A stretch of 64,000 nucleotides of DNA, from assembly GCA_934169925.1 (NCBI GenBank), contig CAKPOO010000001.1, positions 90,383-154,382 on the forward strand. The letters run 5' to 3'. This document shows, one piece after another, positions 46,389-56,992 of the stretch (its first letter is position 1; each line of letters starts with the position of its first letter). Below the pieces are notes generated by a model that saw nothing but the letters and a program-made list of their open reading frames with translations, had not been told where the DNA came from and ran no database searches. Made by a program: the position numbers and the translations under genes. Source of the stretch: an uncultured Clostridia bacterium. Lineage in GTDB: Bacteria; Bacillota; Clostridia; TANB77; CAG-465.

Positions 46389-47600
46389 ATGAAAAAAGTT
46401 TTAATAATTAATTGTGGTAGTTCAACTATAAAATTCCAATTAATTGAAATGGAAAATAAAAAGGTACTTGCTAAAGGTAGATGTGATATGATAGGATACG
46501 ATGCATCTAATATTTTATACAAAAATTTATTAAATGGAGAAAAGTTAGATGAAGTTCCAGTAAGTATGCCTACACATAAAGAGGGAATGGAAGTTTTACT
46601 TAAAAATTTAATGGATGAAAAGTTAGGTGTTATTTCTTCACTTGACGAAATTTATGCAATAGGTCACAGAGTTGTTGCAGGTGGTGAAAAATATTCAAAT
46701 GCTGTATTAGTAGATGATAAAGTTATAGCTGATATATTAGAACTTGCTGAACTTGCACCTTTACATAATAAAGGCGCAGTTATGGGAATAAACGCTTTAA
46801 GAGAAGTTGCACCAGAAATTCCTAATGTAGTTGTTTTTGATACTGCTTTTCATCAAACAATACCTGATTATAATTATTTATATGCTATTGATAAAAAATA
46901 TTATGAAGATTATCATATTAGAAAATATGGTGCACATGGAACATCATATAAATATATATTAGGAAAATTATCAGAAGTTTTAGGAAAGAAAAAAGAAGAT
47001 ATAAATGCTATTGTATGTCATATTGGTGGAGGTGCTAGTGTTTGTGCTATAAAAAACGGAAAATCTTATGATACTTCTATGGGATATACACCTCTTGAAG
47101 GACTTGTAATGGAAACAAGATCTGGAGATATTGATCCTGCTGCTGTTTTAAAAATTATGAAATTAAATAATTTATCTATATCTCAAATGGATGAAATCTT
47201 AAATAAAAAATCTGGAAGATTAGGATTTTGTGGTATAGGTGATTTTAGACAAATGAAAGATGCAGCACTAAACGGAAATAAAGATGCTCAAACTATGAGA
47301 AAAATTCAATCAAATAGAACAAAGAAATATATTGGTGCTTATATGGCAGAACTTAATAGAGTTGATGCAATTTGTTTTACTGGTGGAATAATGGAAAATA
47401 ACGCTGATGAAATTCAAATGTGTATTGAAGATATGGACTTTTGGGGAATTAAATTAGATAAAGAAAAGAATTTAAAATGTGAAAGATCAGAAGGTGTAAT
47501 TTCAACTGATGATTCAAAAGTAAAATTATTTTTAATACCAACAAATGAAGAATTAGAAATTGCAATGGAAACTTTGGAGATTGTAGATAGTGCTAAATAA
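46389..47600 (+). CDS. ackA: acetate kinase
   Basis: LIINCGSSTIKFQL, GHRVVAGG, HLGGGAS-like motif (HIGGGASV). Confidence 0.95.
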   Translation: MKKVLIINCGSSTIKFQLIEMENKKVLAKGRCDMIGYDASNILYKNLLNGEKLDEVPVSMPTHKEGMEVLLKNLMDEKLGVISSLDEIYAIGHRVVAGGEKYSNAVLVDDKVIADILELAELAPLHNKGAVMGINALREVAPEIPNVVVFDTAFHQTIPDYNYLYAIDKKYYEDYHIRKYGAHGTSYKYILGKLSEVLGKKKEDINAIVCHIGGGASVCAIKNGKSYDTSMGYTPLEGLVMETRSGDIDPAAVLKIMKLNNLSISQMDEILNKKSGRLGFCGIGDFRQMKDAALNGNKDAQTMRKIQSNRTKKYIGAYMAELNRVDAICFTGGIMENNADEIQMCIEDMDFWGIKLDKEKNLKCERSEGVISTDDSKVKLFLIPTNEELEIAMETLEIVDSAK

Positions 47601-48837
47601 ATTAATAGATTGTTTAAAGTTATGTACAAATAATAAAAATAAAATATGGATAATGTATGAAAATGAAGGATCTGATAATTTTTTTGAAAAATATATATCA
47701 AAAAATATACAAACTTCAACATATTGTATAGTATCAAAAAAAGCTGTATATTTAATAGTAAATGAATTAGATAGTAGAAATTTAGATGAAATAAAGAAAA
47801 AGTATTCTAAGATGTTAAGTGATGAAACCTTAAATTTATATGTATATGATTTAAATGAAACGCTAATTAATATAATTTCTGAGATAATATATATAAATAA
47901 TTATCCTGAAGAAGTAATGTTTTCATATTCAACAATTAATGATAAATCTACAGATATAATAAGTCATGGAGATTATATTAAACTTACAAATATTATAAAA
48001 AGTATATATAAAAATTTTGATAAAAAAGTAAGGTTTAATTCAGCAGAAAAAATTATTTATGAATTTTCATCTAGAAAAACAAATAGTCAAATTGAAAGAT
48101 TAAAGTATGTATCAAGTTTTACTATAAAGATACTTGAAGAAACTTTTTCTAATATAAAAATTGGAATGTCTGAAAAAGAAATTGCAGATATGACTGCAAA
48201 AAATATGATTTTAATAATGCAACAAGAAAAAGAAAAAGGCATAATAAAAGATTATGAACTTGCATGGTTTAATTGTCCGATTGTTTTAATAGGAAAAAAT
48301 TTAGAAAAAGGTGGTCATAGTCTACCCTCTAGTAAAAAATTAGAAAAAGGAGAAACTATATATTTTGATTTTGGAATAGCTTGTATTTTTGATGATGATG
48401 AAAAAATTTGTTCAGATATTCAAAGAATGGGATATAGTTTAAATGATGATGAGAAAGTTCCACCAAAGAATGTTATGAAAGTCTTTGATACGCTAGTTTA
48501 TGCTATAGAACTTGGAATTGAAAACTTTAAACCTGGTGTAAAAGGATATAAAATAGATTCAATTGTACGTAACGCTATTATAAAAGAAGGCTTTAAAGAT
48601 TATAATCATGCAACAGGTCATCCGGTTTGTAATGAGGTTCATGATATAGGTTGCATATTAAGTAAAAAAACATCAAAAAGAGCTAATTTAGAATTAGTTG
48701 AAAATGGAGTTTATACAATTGAACCTAGAATTCAAATAAAAAATGGTGGTTCAATAGAAGAAATGGTGCAAGTTACAAAGTTTGGTGGCAAACCACTTTG
48801 TAAACCACAAACAAAACTTTATTTAATAAAGTCTTAG
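47590..48837 (+). CDS. M24-family metallopeptidase (Xaa-Pro peptidase-like)
   Basis: Pita-bread-fold metal ligand pattern in the C-terminal half (DFG...D, HATGHPV, EPR, EEM). Start is uncertain: GTG 47590 overlaps ackA, and ATG 47653 is the alternative. Confidence 0.6.
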   Translation: MLNKLIDCLKLCTNNKNKIWIMYENEGSDNFFEKYISKNIQTSTYCIVSKKAVYLIVNELDSRNLDEIKKKYSKMLSDETLNLYVYDLNETLINIISEIIYINNYPEEVMFSYSTINDKSTDIISHGDYIKLTNIIKSIYKNFDKKVRFNSAEKIIYEFSSRKTNSQIERLKYVSSFTIKILEETFSNIKIGMSEKEIADMTAKNMILIMQQEKEKGIIKDYELAWFNCPIVLIGKNLEKGGHSLPSSKKLEKGETIYFDFGIACIFDDDEKICSDIQRMGYSLNDDEKVPPKNVMKVFDTLVYAIELGIENFKPGVKGYKIDSIVRNAIIKEGFKDYNHATGHPVCNEVHDIGCILSKKTSKRANLELVENGVYTIEPRIQIKNGGSIEEMVQVTKFGGKPLCKPQTKLYLIKS

Positions 48838-48942
48838 GTGAAATTTATAAAAAACGTAGAAAATAGAAATATTTAATACAAATTAGTTTAAATTAATATA
48901 ATTAGTATATACTAATTATATTAAAAGAAAGAAGTTGATATT

Positions 48943-50307
48943 ATGGAATTAAAATATGAAAAAAAGGATGTTTTTTCTAGTTTAGAAAAATCAGAAATTA
49001 AAGAAGCTGATTCTTATGCTAAAGATTACATTAAATTTTTAAATAATGCAAAAACAGAAAGATTATGTACTGAAGAAATAGTATATTTATTATCAGTAAA
49101 TGGTTTTTGTGATATAGCTAAAAAAAGTAAATTAAAAAAAGGAGATAAGGTTTATTTTATAAATAAAGATAAATCTTTATTTGCTGCAGTAATAGGTGAA
49201 GAAAAATTAGAAAATGGCTTAAACATTATAGGGTCACATATTGATAGTCCAAGACTTGATATAAAACCAATGCCTTTATTTGAAAAATACGGTTTAAGCT
49301 TTTTAAAAACAGTTTATTATGGTGGGATAAAAGAATATCAATGGATGTCTATACCTCTTGCTATGTATGGAGTTGTCTATGATAAAAATGGAAATAAGCA
49401 AAAAATTGCAATAGGCGATAAAAAAGATGACCCATGTTTTACAATAGTAGATTTATTACCTCATCTTGCAAGAGAGCAAATGAAAACATCTGCCAAAGAT
49501 TTTATTGATCCTGAAAAAATGGCTGTAGTTGTTGGTAGTATAAAAGATAAGGAAAAAACAATAAAAGAAAATGTATTAAAAATATTAAATAAAAAATATG
49601 GCATGACAGAAATTGATTTTGCAAGATCAGATATTGAATTTGTTCCAGCTTTTGAAGCAAAATTTGTTGGACTTGATGAAGGTCTAATTGGTGGATATGG
49701 TCAAGATGATAGAGTTTGCTCATATGCTAATATTAGAGGCTTAATAGAAGCTTCAAATGAAAAATTATCTAAAACTGCTGTTTCAATAGTTATTGATAAA
49801 GAAGAAATTGGAAGCTATGGTAATACCTCTATGAGTAGTGAATCTTTTGATATGTTTGTAAATATGTTAATTGAAAAAACAGGTTCGAATGTAGATAGAT
49901 TACAAGTATATTATAATTCAAAAATGTTATCTGCAGATGTAACTGCAGCACTAAATCCTATGTATGAAGAAGTTCATGATGCACAAAATGCAAGCATTAT
50001 TGGATGTGGCGTTTCTGTAGAAAAATATGGTGGAAGTGCCGGAAAAGGTGGCGCAAGTGAAGCTAGTGCTGAACTTATGTCATATGTTATGAAATTATTC
50101 GAAGAAAGTAAAGTAAGTGCTCAATACGGTACTCTTGGAAAAATTGGAAAAGGTGGTGGAGGAACAATTGCATTTATTCTTGCAAATAAAAGTGTAGATG
50201 TAGTTGATTGTGGAACACCTATTTTAGCTATGCATTCACCATTTGAAGTTTCTTCAAAATATGATGTATATATGACATATAAAGCATATAAATCTTTCTT
50301 TAAGTAG
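48943..50307 (+). CDS. M18-family aminopeptidase
   Basis: GSHIDSPRLDIKP motif and a C-terminal MHSPFE motif. Confidence 0.8.
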   Translation: MELKYEKKDVFSSLEKSEIKEADSYAKDYIKFLNNAKTERLCTEEIVYLLSVNGFCDIAKKSKLKKGDKVYFINKDKSLFAAVIGEEKLENGLNIIGSHIDSPRLDIKPMPLFEKYGLSFLKTVYYGGIKEYQWMSIPLAMYGVVYDKNGNKQKIAIGDKKDDPCFTIVDLLPHLAREQMKTSAKDFIDPEKMAVVVGSIKDKEKTIKENVLKILNKKYGMTEIDFARSDIEFVPAFEAKFVGLDEGLIGGYGQDDRVCSYANIRGLIEASNEKLSKTAVSIVIDKEEIGSYGNTSMSSESFDMFVNMLIEKTGSNVDRLQVYYNSKMLSADVTAALNPMYEEVHDAQNASIIGCGVSVEKYGGSAGKGGASEASAELMSYVMKLFEESKVSAQYGTLGKIGKGGGGTIAFILANKSVDVVDCGTPILAMHSPFEVSSKYDVYMTYKAYKSFFK

Positions 50308-50336
50308 AATTTATATATAGTTTGGGGGAAAAATAT

Positions 50337-51455
50337 ATGCTAAAAAAATTGCTAAAAAATACTGATTTTATTTTATTTACGTGTATGGTAATTTTGGTAG
50401 TTGTTGGAATAATAGCAATATATTCAGCAGGTTACAATACAGATGTAAACAAAGATGAATATATAAAACAGATGATATGGTTTGGAGTTTCATTTATTCT
50501 TATGGTGCTAGTTTGGCTTGTAGATTATAATATGTTCGATATTGTAGGATACATTTTATATATCATAAATTTAGTGATGCTTATTGTAGTTTTGTTTATG
50601 CCAACTCTTATGGGAGCTAGTAGCTGGTTTAACTTTGGTGGATTTTTATATCAACCATCTGAACTTATGAAAATTGGTACAATTCTTTGTAGTGCAAAAT
50701 TTTTAAGTATATGTAAAAATAACATTAGTAAACACGATAATTTAAAAAGGATTTTATTAATTGCAATATCAGTTCTTACGTTTATATTACCAATAGGTTT
50801 AATAATATTACAACCAGATTTTGGTACTGCGATGACTTTTGTTGTAATAGCTGCGTTTATGTTATTTAAATTTGGAATTAAATATAGATATATATTTTGT
50901 ATACTTGCTGTAATACTTATTGCGATTCCAATTGTATATAATTTTATGTTAAATGATGTGCAAAAAGAAAGAATAAATGTATTTTTAAATCCAGAGTTAG
51001 ATCCTCTTGGAAGTGGGTATAACGCTATTCAATCAAAAATTGCAATAGGATCTGGTATGCTATTTGGAACTGGAATTTTAAAGGGAAGTCAAACTCAAAA
51101 TGGATATATTCCAATCAAATCTACAGATTTTATATTTTCTGTAATTTGTGAAGAAATGGGATATGTTATGGCTGTATTTGTAATAGTTGTATATACAGTC
51201 TTAATATTAAGATTACTAAATATAGCTAACAAAACAGATGATACATTTGCAAGTTTAGTTGTTGTAGGAATTGCAGGTATGTTTTTCTATCATTTTGTAG
51301 AAAATATAGGAATGACAATTGGTCTTTTACCTATAACAGGTGTTCCATTACCATTTTTAAGCTATGGAGGAAGTAACATGCTAACTAATACTCTTGCAAT
51401 TGCTATAGCTTTAAATATATCTGCAAGAAATAAAAAAGATACTCTATTTATGTAA
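50337..51455 (+). CDS. SEDS-family peptidoglycan polymerase (FtsW/RodA/SpoVE)
   Basis: About 10 TM helices. QPSELMKI, TDFIFSVICEEMG, TGVPLPFLSYGGS. Confidence 0.88.
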   Translation: MLKKLLKNTDFILFTCMVILVVVGIIAIYSAGYNTDVNKDEYIKQMIWFGVSFILMVLVWLVDYNMFDIVGYILYIINLVMLIVVLFMPTLMGASSWFNFGGFLYQPSELMKIGTILCSAKFLSICKNNISKHDNLKRILLIAISVLTFILPIGLIILQPDFGTAMTFVVIAAFMLFKFGIKYRYIFCILAVILIAIPIVYNFMLNDVQKERINVFLNPELDPLGSGYNAIQSKIAIGSGMLFGTGILKGSQTQNGYIPIKSTDFIFSVICEEMGYVMAVFVIVVYTVLILRLLNIANKTDDTFASLVVVGIAGMFFYHFVENIGMTIGLLPITGVPLPFLSYGGSNMLTNTLAIAIALNISARNKKDTLFM

Positions 51456-51491
51456 AAAAACACTACAGGAATTTCTTCTGTAGTGTTTTTT
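51455..51491. terminator. bidirectional terminator (SEDS gene / pseudouridine synthase gene)
   Basis: A-run, AACACTACAG ... CTGTAGTGTT, T-run. Confidence 0.75.
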
Positions 51492-51497
51492 ACATAA

Positions 51498-52424
51498 TTA
51501 CATATTAAAAAGCATATCAATATCTTCAGGAATTTTAGATTTTATATCAATTTTTTTATGAGTAATAGGGTGATTAAATGTTATATTATAGCAATGAAGA
51601 GCAGGTCTTTTTATATATCTAAAAATTTCTTCATTTGATAATGAAAAGTCATATTCTTTTGAGTACAATTCATCGCCAAGCAAAGGATGAAGAATATAAC
51701 TCATATGGACTCTAATTTGATGAGTTCTACCTGTATGTAGTAATACTTTTAATAGAGTGTAATTCTTATCTTCGTTTATTTTTAATGGGAAATATTCTGT
51801 TTTTGCAAAGTCACCAACAGTAGGATCATTTGATACTTTTCTTAAAATAATGGTATTTTCTTTTCTAGTTATATTTTTGTTAATGATACCACTTTTTTTA
51901 ATAATTCCTCTTACTGCACATATGTATATTTTTTTTAGATTGATTTCTTCTTTTTTCCTAACAAATAATTCTTGAATATATTTATTTTTTGCAAAAATGC
52001 AGATACCAGTTGTATTTTTATCAAGTCTGGTTAAAATATGTATAGAATGTATATCTTGCTTTTCAAGATATGCTGCTACAATATTTGAAAGAGTGTTATC
52101 ATAATTGTTAGCACTTGGATGAACTGGCATATTTGCAGGTTTATTTATTATTAATAAATAATCATCTTCAAAAAGAATATCGAGTGGTGTATCTACTAAT
52201 TTAAATTTATTTTTAAAAGCTGTTTTTTCTTTAGGAAGAATAACTTTTAATATATCATTTTCTTTTACTTTTGTATTTGTAAATGTAGTCTTGTCGTTTA
52301 AATAGTACATTTTTTCGCCAATTATTTCATATATTAAAATTTTAGAAAGATATAGTCTTTTTGACATAATATCTTTTATGCTCATATTTTCGTCTTGTTT
52401 TTTTACAGTATAATTTAATATCAT
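51498..52424 (-). CDS. RluA-family pseudouridine synthase
   Basis: Catalytic motif TRLDKNTTG and GRTHQIRVH. Start is ATG 52424 (after GGTGA) or ATG 52439. Confidence 0.85.
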   Translation of the reverse strand: MILNYTVKKQDENMSIKDIMSKRLYLSKILIYEIIGEKMYYLNDKTTFTNTKVKENDILKVILPKEKTAFKNKFKLVDTPLDILFEDDYLLIINKPANMPVHPSANNYDNTLSNIVAAYLEKQDIHSIHILTRLDKNTTGICIFAKNKYIQELFVRKKEEINLKKIYICAVRGIIKKSGIINKNITRKENTIILRKVSNDPTVGDFAKTEYFPLKINEDKNYTLLKVLLHTGRTHQIRVHMSYILHPLLGDELYSKEYDFSLSNEEIFRYIKRPALHCYNITFNHPITHKKIDIKSKIPEDIDMLFNM

Positions 52425-52533
52425 AATTTCACCAGTCATATTATATCAAAAAAAGTAATGCTTATCAAATACGGTTGACAATAAAATTCCTTTATGATAT
52501 AATTTTCAATGTTTAAGATTGGAGGTAATTTCA

Positions 52534-52836
52534 ATGAAAGAATATGACATAAATAGTGAAAAAGAAGCAAAAGTTTTAGAAATAAGTAATGATGAACTTC
52601 CTTTAAGTGTTTCAAAGAAAAATTCTGGCTTTTTTGGATTCTTAAAAAGAAATTACAACGAGTATAAAGATGCAAGGGAATACCAAAGAGTAGAAAAAGC
52701 ATCTGAAACTATTCAAAATAATTTTTCTCAAGAGGGTATTTTTAATGCAGTAAAAGCAACTGTTAGAAACACACCATTTAATGATGGATTATATTATGAA
52801 TTTAAAACTGAAGATCAAATAAAAAGAAGTTTATAA
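52534..52836 (+). CDS. hypothetical small protein
   Basis: GGAGG RBS before ATG 52534. Strong terminator at 52843-52880. Confidence 0.55.
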   Translation: MKEYDINSEKEAKVLEISNDELPLSVSKKNSGFFGFLKRNYNEYKDAREYQRVEKASETIQNNFSQEGIFNAVKATVRNTPFNDGLYYEFKTEDQIKRSL

Positions 52837-52842
52837 TTTTTT

Positions 52843-52880
52843 AAATAGTAACTATTATTTAATAGTTACTATTTGTTTTT
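52843..52880 (+). terminator. terminator after the 52534 gene
   Basis: AAATAGTAACTATT-ATTT-AATAGTTACTATTT followed by GTTTTT. Confidence 0.7.
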
Positions 52881-52890
52881 AAGGTGAAAT

Positions 52891-53646
52891 ATGAGTAAAA
52901 GAATAGATGATTTAGGTATTAATGATTTAAAAATTGTTCAAGATACAGATTATTTTTGTTTTGGAATGGATAGCGTTTTGCTTGCTAATTTTGTAAATTC
53001 TAAAAGTAAGAAAAATGTAGTTTTAGATCTTTGTTCTGGAAGTGGAGTTATTCCCGTTATTATTTCTGCAAAGAAAGAAAGTGGAAAAATTATTGCTGTA
53101 GAACTTCAAGAAAAAATGTATGAACTGTTGGAAGAAAATATTTTAAAAAATAATTTGAGTGAAAAAATAATACCTTTTAAATGTGATGTTAAAGATTATA
53201 AAAATATAGCTACAAAAATAAAAGAAATTACAAATACAGGTACTGTAGATATTGTAGTTTGTAATCCTCCATATAAAAAGTGTGGTAGTGGAATAAAAAA
53301 TCCAAATGATATTAAAACTATTGCAAGGCATGAAGTTTTATGTAGTTTAGAAGATATATTTATAACTGCGTCAAAATTACTTAATACAAAAGGAAAACTA
53401 TATCTTGTACATAAACCTGAAAGGCTTGTAGATTTACTTTCAATTTCAAGAAAGTATAAATTAGAAGCAAAAAATATAACATTTATTCAACCAACCAAAG
53501 ATATGAAACCTAGTATTGTTTTAATTGAATATGTAAAAAATGGTGGAAATGAAGTTTTAGTACAAAAGAATATTATAGAATATAACGATGATGGTAGTTA
53601 TACAGATGAAATATATAAAATATATGGTATAAAAAAAGAGGAGTAA
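52891..53646 (+). CDS. SAM-dependent methyltransferase, tRNA1(Val) m6A37 (YfiC/TrmN6)-like
   Basis: SAM motif I (VLDLCSGSG) and NPPY motif (VCNPPYKK). Confidence 0.7.
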   Translation: MSKRIDDLGINDLKIVQDTDYFCFGMDSVLLANFVNSKSKKNVVLDLCSGSGVIPVIISAKKESGKIIAVELQEKMYELLEENILKNNLSEKIIPFKCDVKDYKNIATKIKEITNTGTVDIVVCNPPYKKCGSGIKNPNDIKTIARHEVLCSLEDIFITASKLLNTKGKLYLVHKPERLVDLLSISRKYKLEAKNITFIQPTKDMKPSIVLIEYVKNGGNEVLVQKNIIEYNDDGSYTDEIYKIYGIKKEE

Positions 53647-53654
53647 AATATAAT

Positions 53655-54497
53655 ATGGAAAATAAGTTATATATAGTTGGAACACCAATTGGAAATTTAG
53701 GTGATATAACAATTAGAGCTTTAGAAACATTAAAAAGTGTTGATATAATACTTGCAGAGGACACAAGACAAACTTTAAAATTATTAAATCATTTTGATAT
53801 AAAAAAACATATGATAAGTTATCATAGACATAATGAAGATGATAAGATAAATACTGTTGTATCATTACTTGATGAAGGAAAAAATATAGCTTTAGTTTCT
53901 GATGCTGGTATGCCAATAATTTCTGATCCTGGATCAAATTTAGTTAAATATTTAATAGAAAAAGGATATAAAATAGAGGTAGTACCTGGAGTTACTGCAC
54001 TTACAACAGCAATTGTAAAGTCAGGTCTTGATTCTACAAGATTTGCTTTTGAAGGATTTTTATCAGTTAATAAAAAGCAAAGAAATTCTAGATTAAATGA
54101 AATAAAAAATGATACAAGAACATTAATTTTTTATGAAGCACCTCACAAAATTTTAGTTACATTGGAAGATATGCTAAAAGTTTTTGGAAATAGAAATATT
54201 TGCATTTCAAGAGAACTTACAAAGCTTCATGAAGAACAAATGTATACTAATTTAAAAGATGCTATTGAAAAAATAAAAATTGACGGAATAAAAGGTGAAA
54301 TTGTTTTACTGGTAGAAGGTGCAAATAAAGAAAAAATAGAAGAAAAAGAAAGAGATTTACTAAAAGAAAAGTCAAATATAGAATTAGTAAAAGAAGAAAT
54401 GAAAAAAGGTTTTTCCAAAAAGGATGCTATTAAAAATGTAGCAAAATTAAAAGGAATATCTAAAAACGAGGTTTATCAAGATTGTATTGAGTTATAG
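53655..54497 (+). CDS. rsmI: 16S rRNA (cytidine1402-2'-O)-methyltransferase
   Basis: LYIVGTPIGNLGDITIRAL and EDTR motifs of the tetrapyrrole-methylase-fold RsmI. Confidence 0.9.
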   Translation: MENKLYIVGTPIGNLGDITIRALETLKSVDIILAEDTRQTLKLLNHFDIKKHMISYHRHNEDDKINTVVSLLDEGKNIALVSDAGMPIISDPGSNLVKYLIEKGYKIEVVPGVTALTTAIVKSGLDSTRFAFEGFLSVNKKQRNSRLNEIKNDTRTLIFYEAPHKILVTLEDMLKVFGNRNICISRELTKLHEEQMYTNLKDAIEKIKIDGIKGEIVLLVEGANKEKIEEKERDLLKEKSNIELVKEEMKKGFSKKDAIKNVAKLKGISKNEVYQDCIEL

Positions 54498-54523
54498 TAA
54501 TAACATAAAAGAGGGGAATCTAT

Positions 54524-55591
54524 ATGAAAGCAAAAATGTATATAAGTAGTGAAAATTTAAAATATAATATTAATTATATAAAAAATAAAATAGGAAATAA
54601 AGAAATAATAGCAATGGTAAAAGCAAATGCTTATGGCACAGGAAGTAATTTTGTTTGCAAAAAGCTACAAGAAATTGGAATAAGTAATTTTGGAGTAGCA
54701 AATATTGATGAAGCAATTTCTTTAAGAAAAAATGGAATCTTAGGAATGATAATTATAACAGGTATAGTTTATGATGATGAAATAGATTTAGCAATAAAAA
54801 ATGACATTTCTATATCTGTATCAGATTATGAAAATGTACTTAAGATAAATGAAAAAGCAAAAAGAATGGGTAAAATTGCAAAAGTACATATTAAAATTGA
54901 TACAGGAATGACAAGATTAGGTTTTTATTTTAATGATGTATCTAAAATTTGGCAAGATATTATAAAATTGGAAAATTTAGATATTCAAGGTATATATACT
55001 CATTTAAGTTGTGCAGATAGTGATGAAGATTATACATTAAAACAAATAGATAGATTTACAAATGTTGTTAAAAATTTAAGTAAAAATCATAAATTTAAAT
55101 ATATACATATATTAAATTCTGATGGTATAGAAAAATATTCTGATAAAATAAATATTGATACTCATGTTAGAGCTGGAATAATGCTTTATGGGTATGCTTT
55201 TAATACAAAGCCTACAACTAAACTTGTTGCTCCAATAATTCATATTAATGATGTAAATTTTGATACTAAAGTTGGATATGGTGGAACTTTTATTGCAAAA
55301 CCAAATACTAAAATTGCAGTTGTAAAAATAGGTTATGCTGATGGAATTAGTAGATGTTTATCTAATAAAATTAAAGTAAAAGTTAATGGAGTTATATGTA
55401 ATCAAGTTGGTAATATTTGTATGGATTTAATGATGGTAGATGTAACAAACGTAAAGAATATAAAAATAAATGATGAAGTAGTTATATGGGACTTTGATAA
55501 TGATTTAAAAGAAATTGCTAAAAATTCAAATAAAATAGTATATGAAGTTATTTCAAATATAGGTAGTAGAATAGAAAGAATAATAAAATAA
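54524..55591 (+). CDS. alr: alanine racemase
   Basis: PLP-lysine motif AMVKANAYG and C-terminal beta domain motifs (GYADG, CMD). Confidence 0.9.
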   Translation: MKAKMYISSENLKYNINYIKNKIGNKEIIAMVKANAYGTGSNFVCKKLQEIGISNFGVANIDEAISLRKNGILGMIIITGIVYDDEIDLAIKNDISISVSDYENVLKINEKAKRMGKIAKVHIKIDTGMTRLGFYFNDVSKIWQDIIKLENLDIQGIYTHLSCADSDEDYTLKQIDRFTNVVKNLSKNHKFKYIHILNSDGIEKYSDKINIDTHVRAGIMLYGYAFNTKPTTKLVAPIIHINDVNFDTKVGYGGTFIAKPNTKIAVVKIGYADGISRCLSNKIKVKVNGVICNQVGNICMDLMMVDVTNVKNIKINDEVVIWDFDNDLKEIAKNSNKIVYEVISNIGSRIERIIK

Positions 55592-55595
55592 AATA

Positions 55596-55622
55596 GACCG
55601 AGGTTAAATAAACCTCGGTCTT
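55596..55622. terminator. hairpin between convergent alr and the ClpP-like gene
   Basis: GACCGAGGTT-AAATA-AACCTCGGTC. Confidence 0.65.
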
Positions 55623-55633
55623 AAAAATGCTTG

Positions 55634-56167
55634 CTAGTTTAAATCATTTTTTATTTCTTCTAAGCTTGAAATTTTCTTTGCTATCTTGTAGTCAATTAAT
55701 TCCTGCTCTGAAAAGTAGTAATCACACTCACAATCATCAAAAGTTTTCTTTAAAATTTCATCAGGTATTTCTGTGTGAGATTTTAAGTAATTCTTTACGA
55801 ACATATCATATTCTATAGATTTTTGAAGTGTATCCTTTAAATGCTTTGAATTAGCTTCATTAATGTTTCCAGCAAAAGTAGAATGTGACATAAAAATTGA
55901 GTATTCAAGAAAGTATCTTTTTTCAGTACATAAAAAGATAATATTAGCAGCTGAAAAACACTTACCAACGTTTATAGTTACAATGTTTTTACCTGATAAT
56001 TTAAGGTAATTTACTATTGCAACTGCAGATATAACAGCACCACCACTAGAATTAATAAACAAAAATATAGTGTCTACATCTTCCGGTATTTTAGTTAAAA
56101 AGTTAAAGACTTCCTTTTCCATTTCTTCATTAATTTTTCCTACAAGTTGTAAACATTCAAATTTCAT
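55634..56167 (-). CDS. divergent ClpP-like (S14 family) serine peptidase homologue
   Basis: FINSSGGAV aligns with ClpP INSPGG. Candidate triad is Ser in GKCFSAAN, His in FMSHS and Asp in the DCECD region. Lacks the ClpP N-terminal axial region. Confidence 0.65.
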   Translation of the reverse strand: MKFECLQLVGKINEEMEKEVFNFLTKIPEDVDTIFLFINSSGGAVISAVAIVNYLKLSGKNIVTINVGKCFSAANIIFLCTEKRYFLEYSIFMSHSTFAGNINEANSKHLKDTLQKSIEYDMFVKNYLKSHTEIPDEILKKTFDDCECDYYFSEQELIDYKIAKKISSLEEIKNDLN

Positions 56168-56355
56168 ATGATAAATCTCCTATAAATAATAATATTTCTG
56201 TTCTATCATTAGATATTGCATAAATAATCCAGATACTTAAATTATAGCATAGTTAACATAAAAACACAATAATGCATATTTAACAAATTTAAGATATTAA
56301 AATTTTTACTTTATTTTTCTATTTTTTTATTATATAATACCATTGTGAGGTAGTT

Positions 56356-56982
56356 ATGAAAGAACAAGAATTAGAAAGATTAAAAAATATGTTAAAAATA
56401 GAGGATTGTCTTTATGAAAAAGGCTACAATTTTATATGTGGAGTTGATGAAGCTGGAAGAGGTCCTTTATGTGGACCCGTTGTTGCAGCAGCTGTTATTT
56501 TACCAAAAGATGAATGTATAGAAGGTGTAAATGATTCAAAAAAATTAAGTGAGAAAAAAAGGGAAGTTTTATATGATGAAATAATTTCTAAAGCTGTAGC
56601 ATATGGAATTGGTATTTCTAATGTTGATGTTATAGAAAAGGTAAATATCTTAAATGCAACAAAAATTGCTATGAAAAATGCAATTAAAAATTTAAAAGTA
56701 GTACCTGATTATGTTTTAATTGATGGAAATCAAATGATTGATATTGATATACCTGGAAATACTGTAGTATCAGGAGATGCTAAATCAGAATCAATAGCAG
56801 CAGCTTCAATACTTGCAAAAGTAACAAGGGATAGAATGTTAAGAGAGTATGATAAAAAATATCCAGAATATGGATTTGCAAAACATAAAGGATATGGTAC
56901 AAAAGCTCATATAGAAGCTATTGGTAAATATGGGTTAACACCTATACATAGACCAAGTTTTTGTAAAAAGTTTGTTAAATAA
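56356..56982 (+). CDS. rnhB: ribonuclease HII
   Basis: GVDEAGRGPL and DSKKL motifs. Confidence 0.92.
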   Translation: MKEQELERLKNMLKIEDCLYEKGYNFICGVDEAGRGPLCGPVVAAAVILPKDECIEGVNDSKKLSEKKREVLYDEIISKAVAYGIGISNVDVIEKVNILNATKIAMKNAIKNLKVVPDYVLIDGNQMIDIDIPGNTVVSGDAKSESIAAASILAKVTRDRMLREYDKKYPEYGFAKHKGYGTKAHIEAIGKYGLTPIHRPSFCKKFVK

Positions 56983-56992
56983 GGAGTAAGTT

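Noticed and set aside
55627-55818. 63-aa + strand ORF after alr.
   Set aside because: It starts inside the terminator region, is antisense to the ClpP-like gene and has no RBS.
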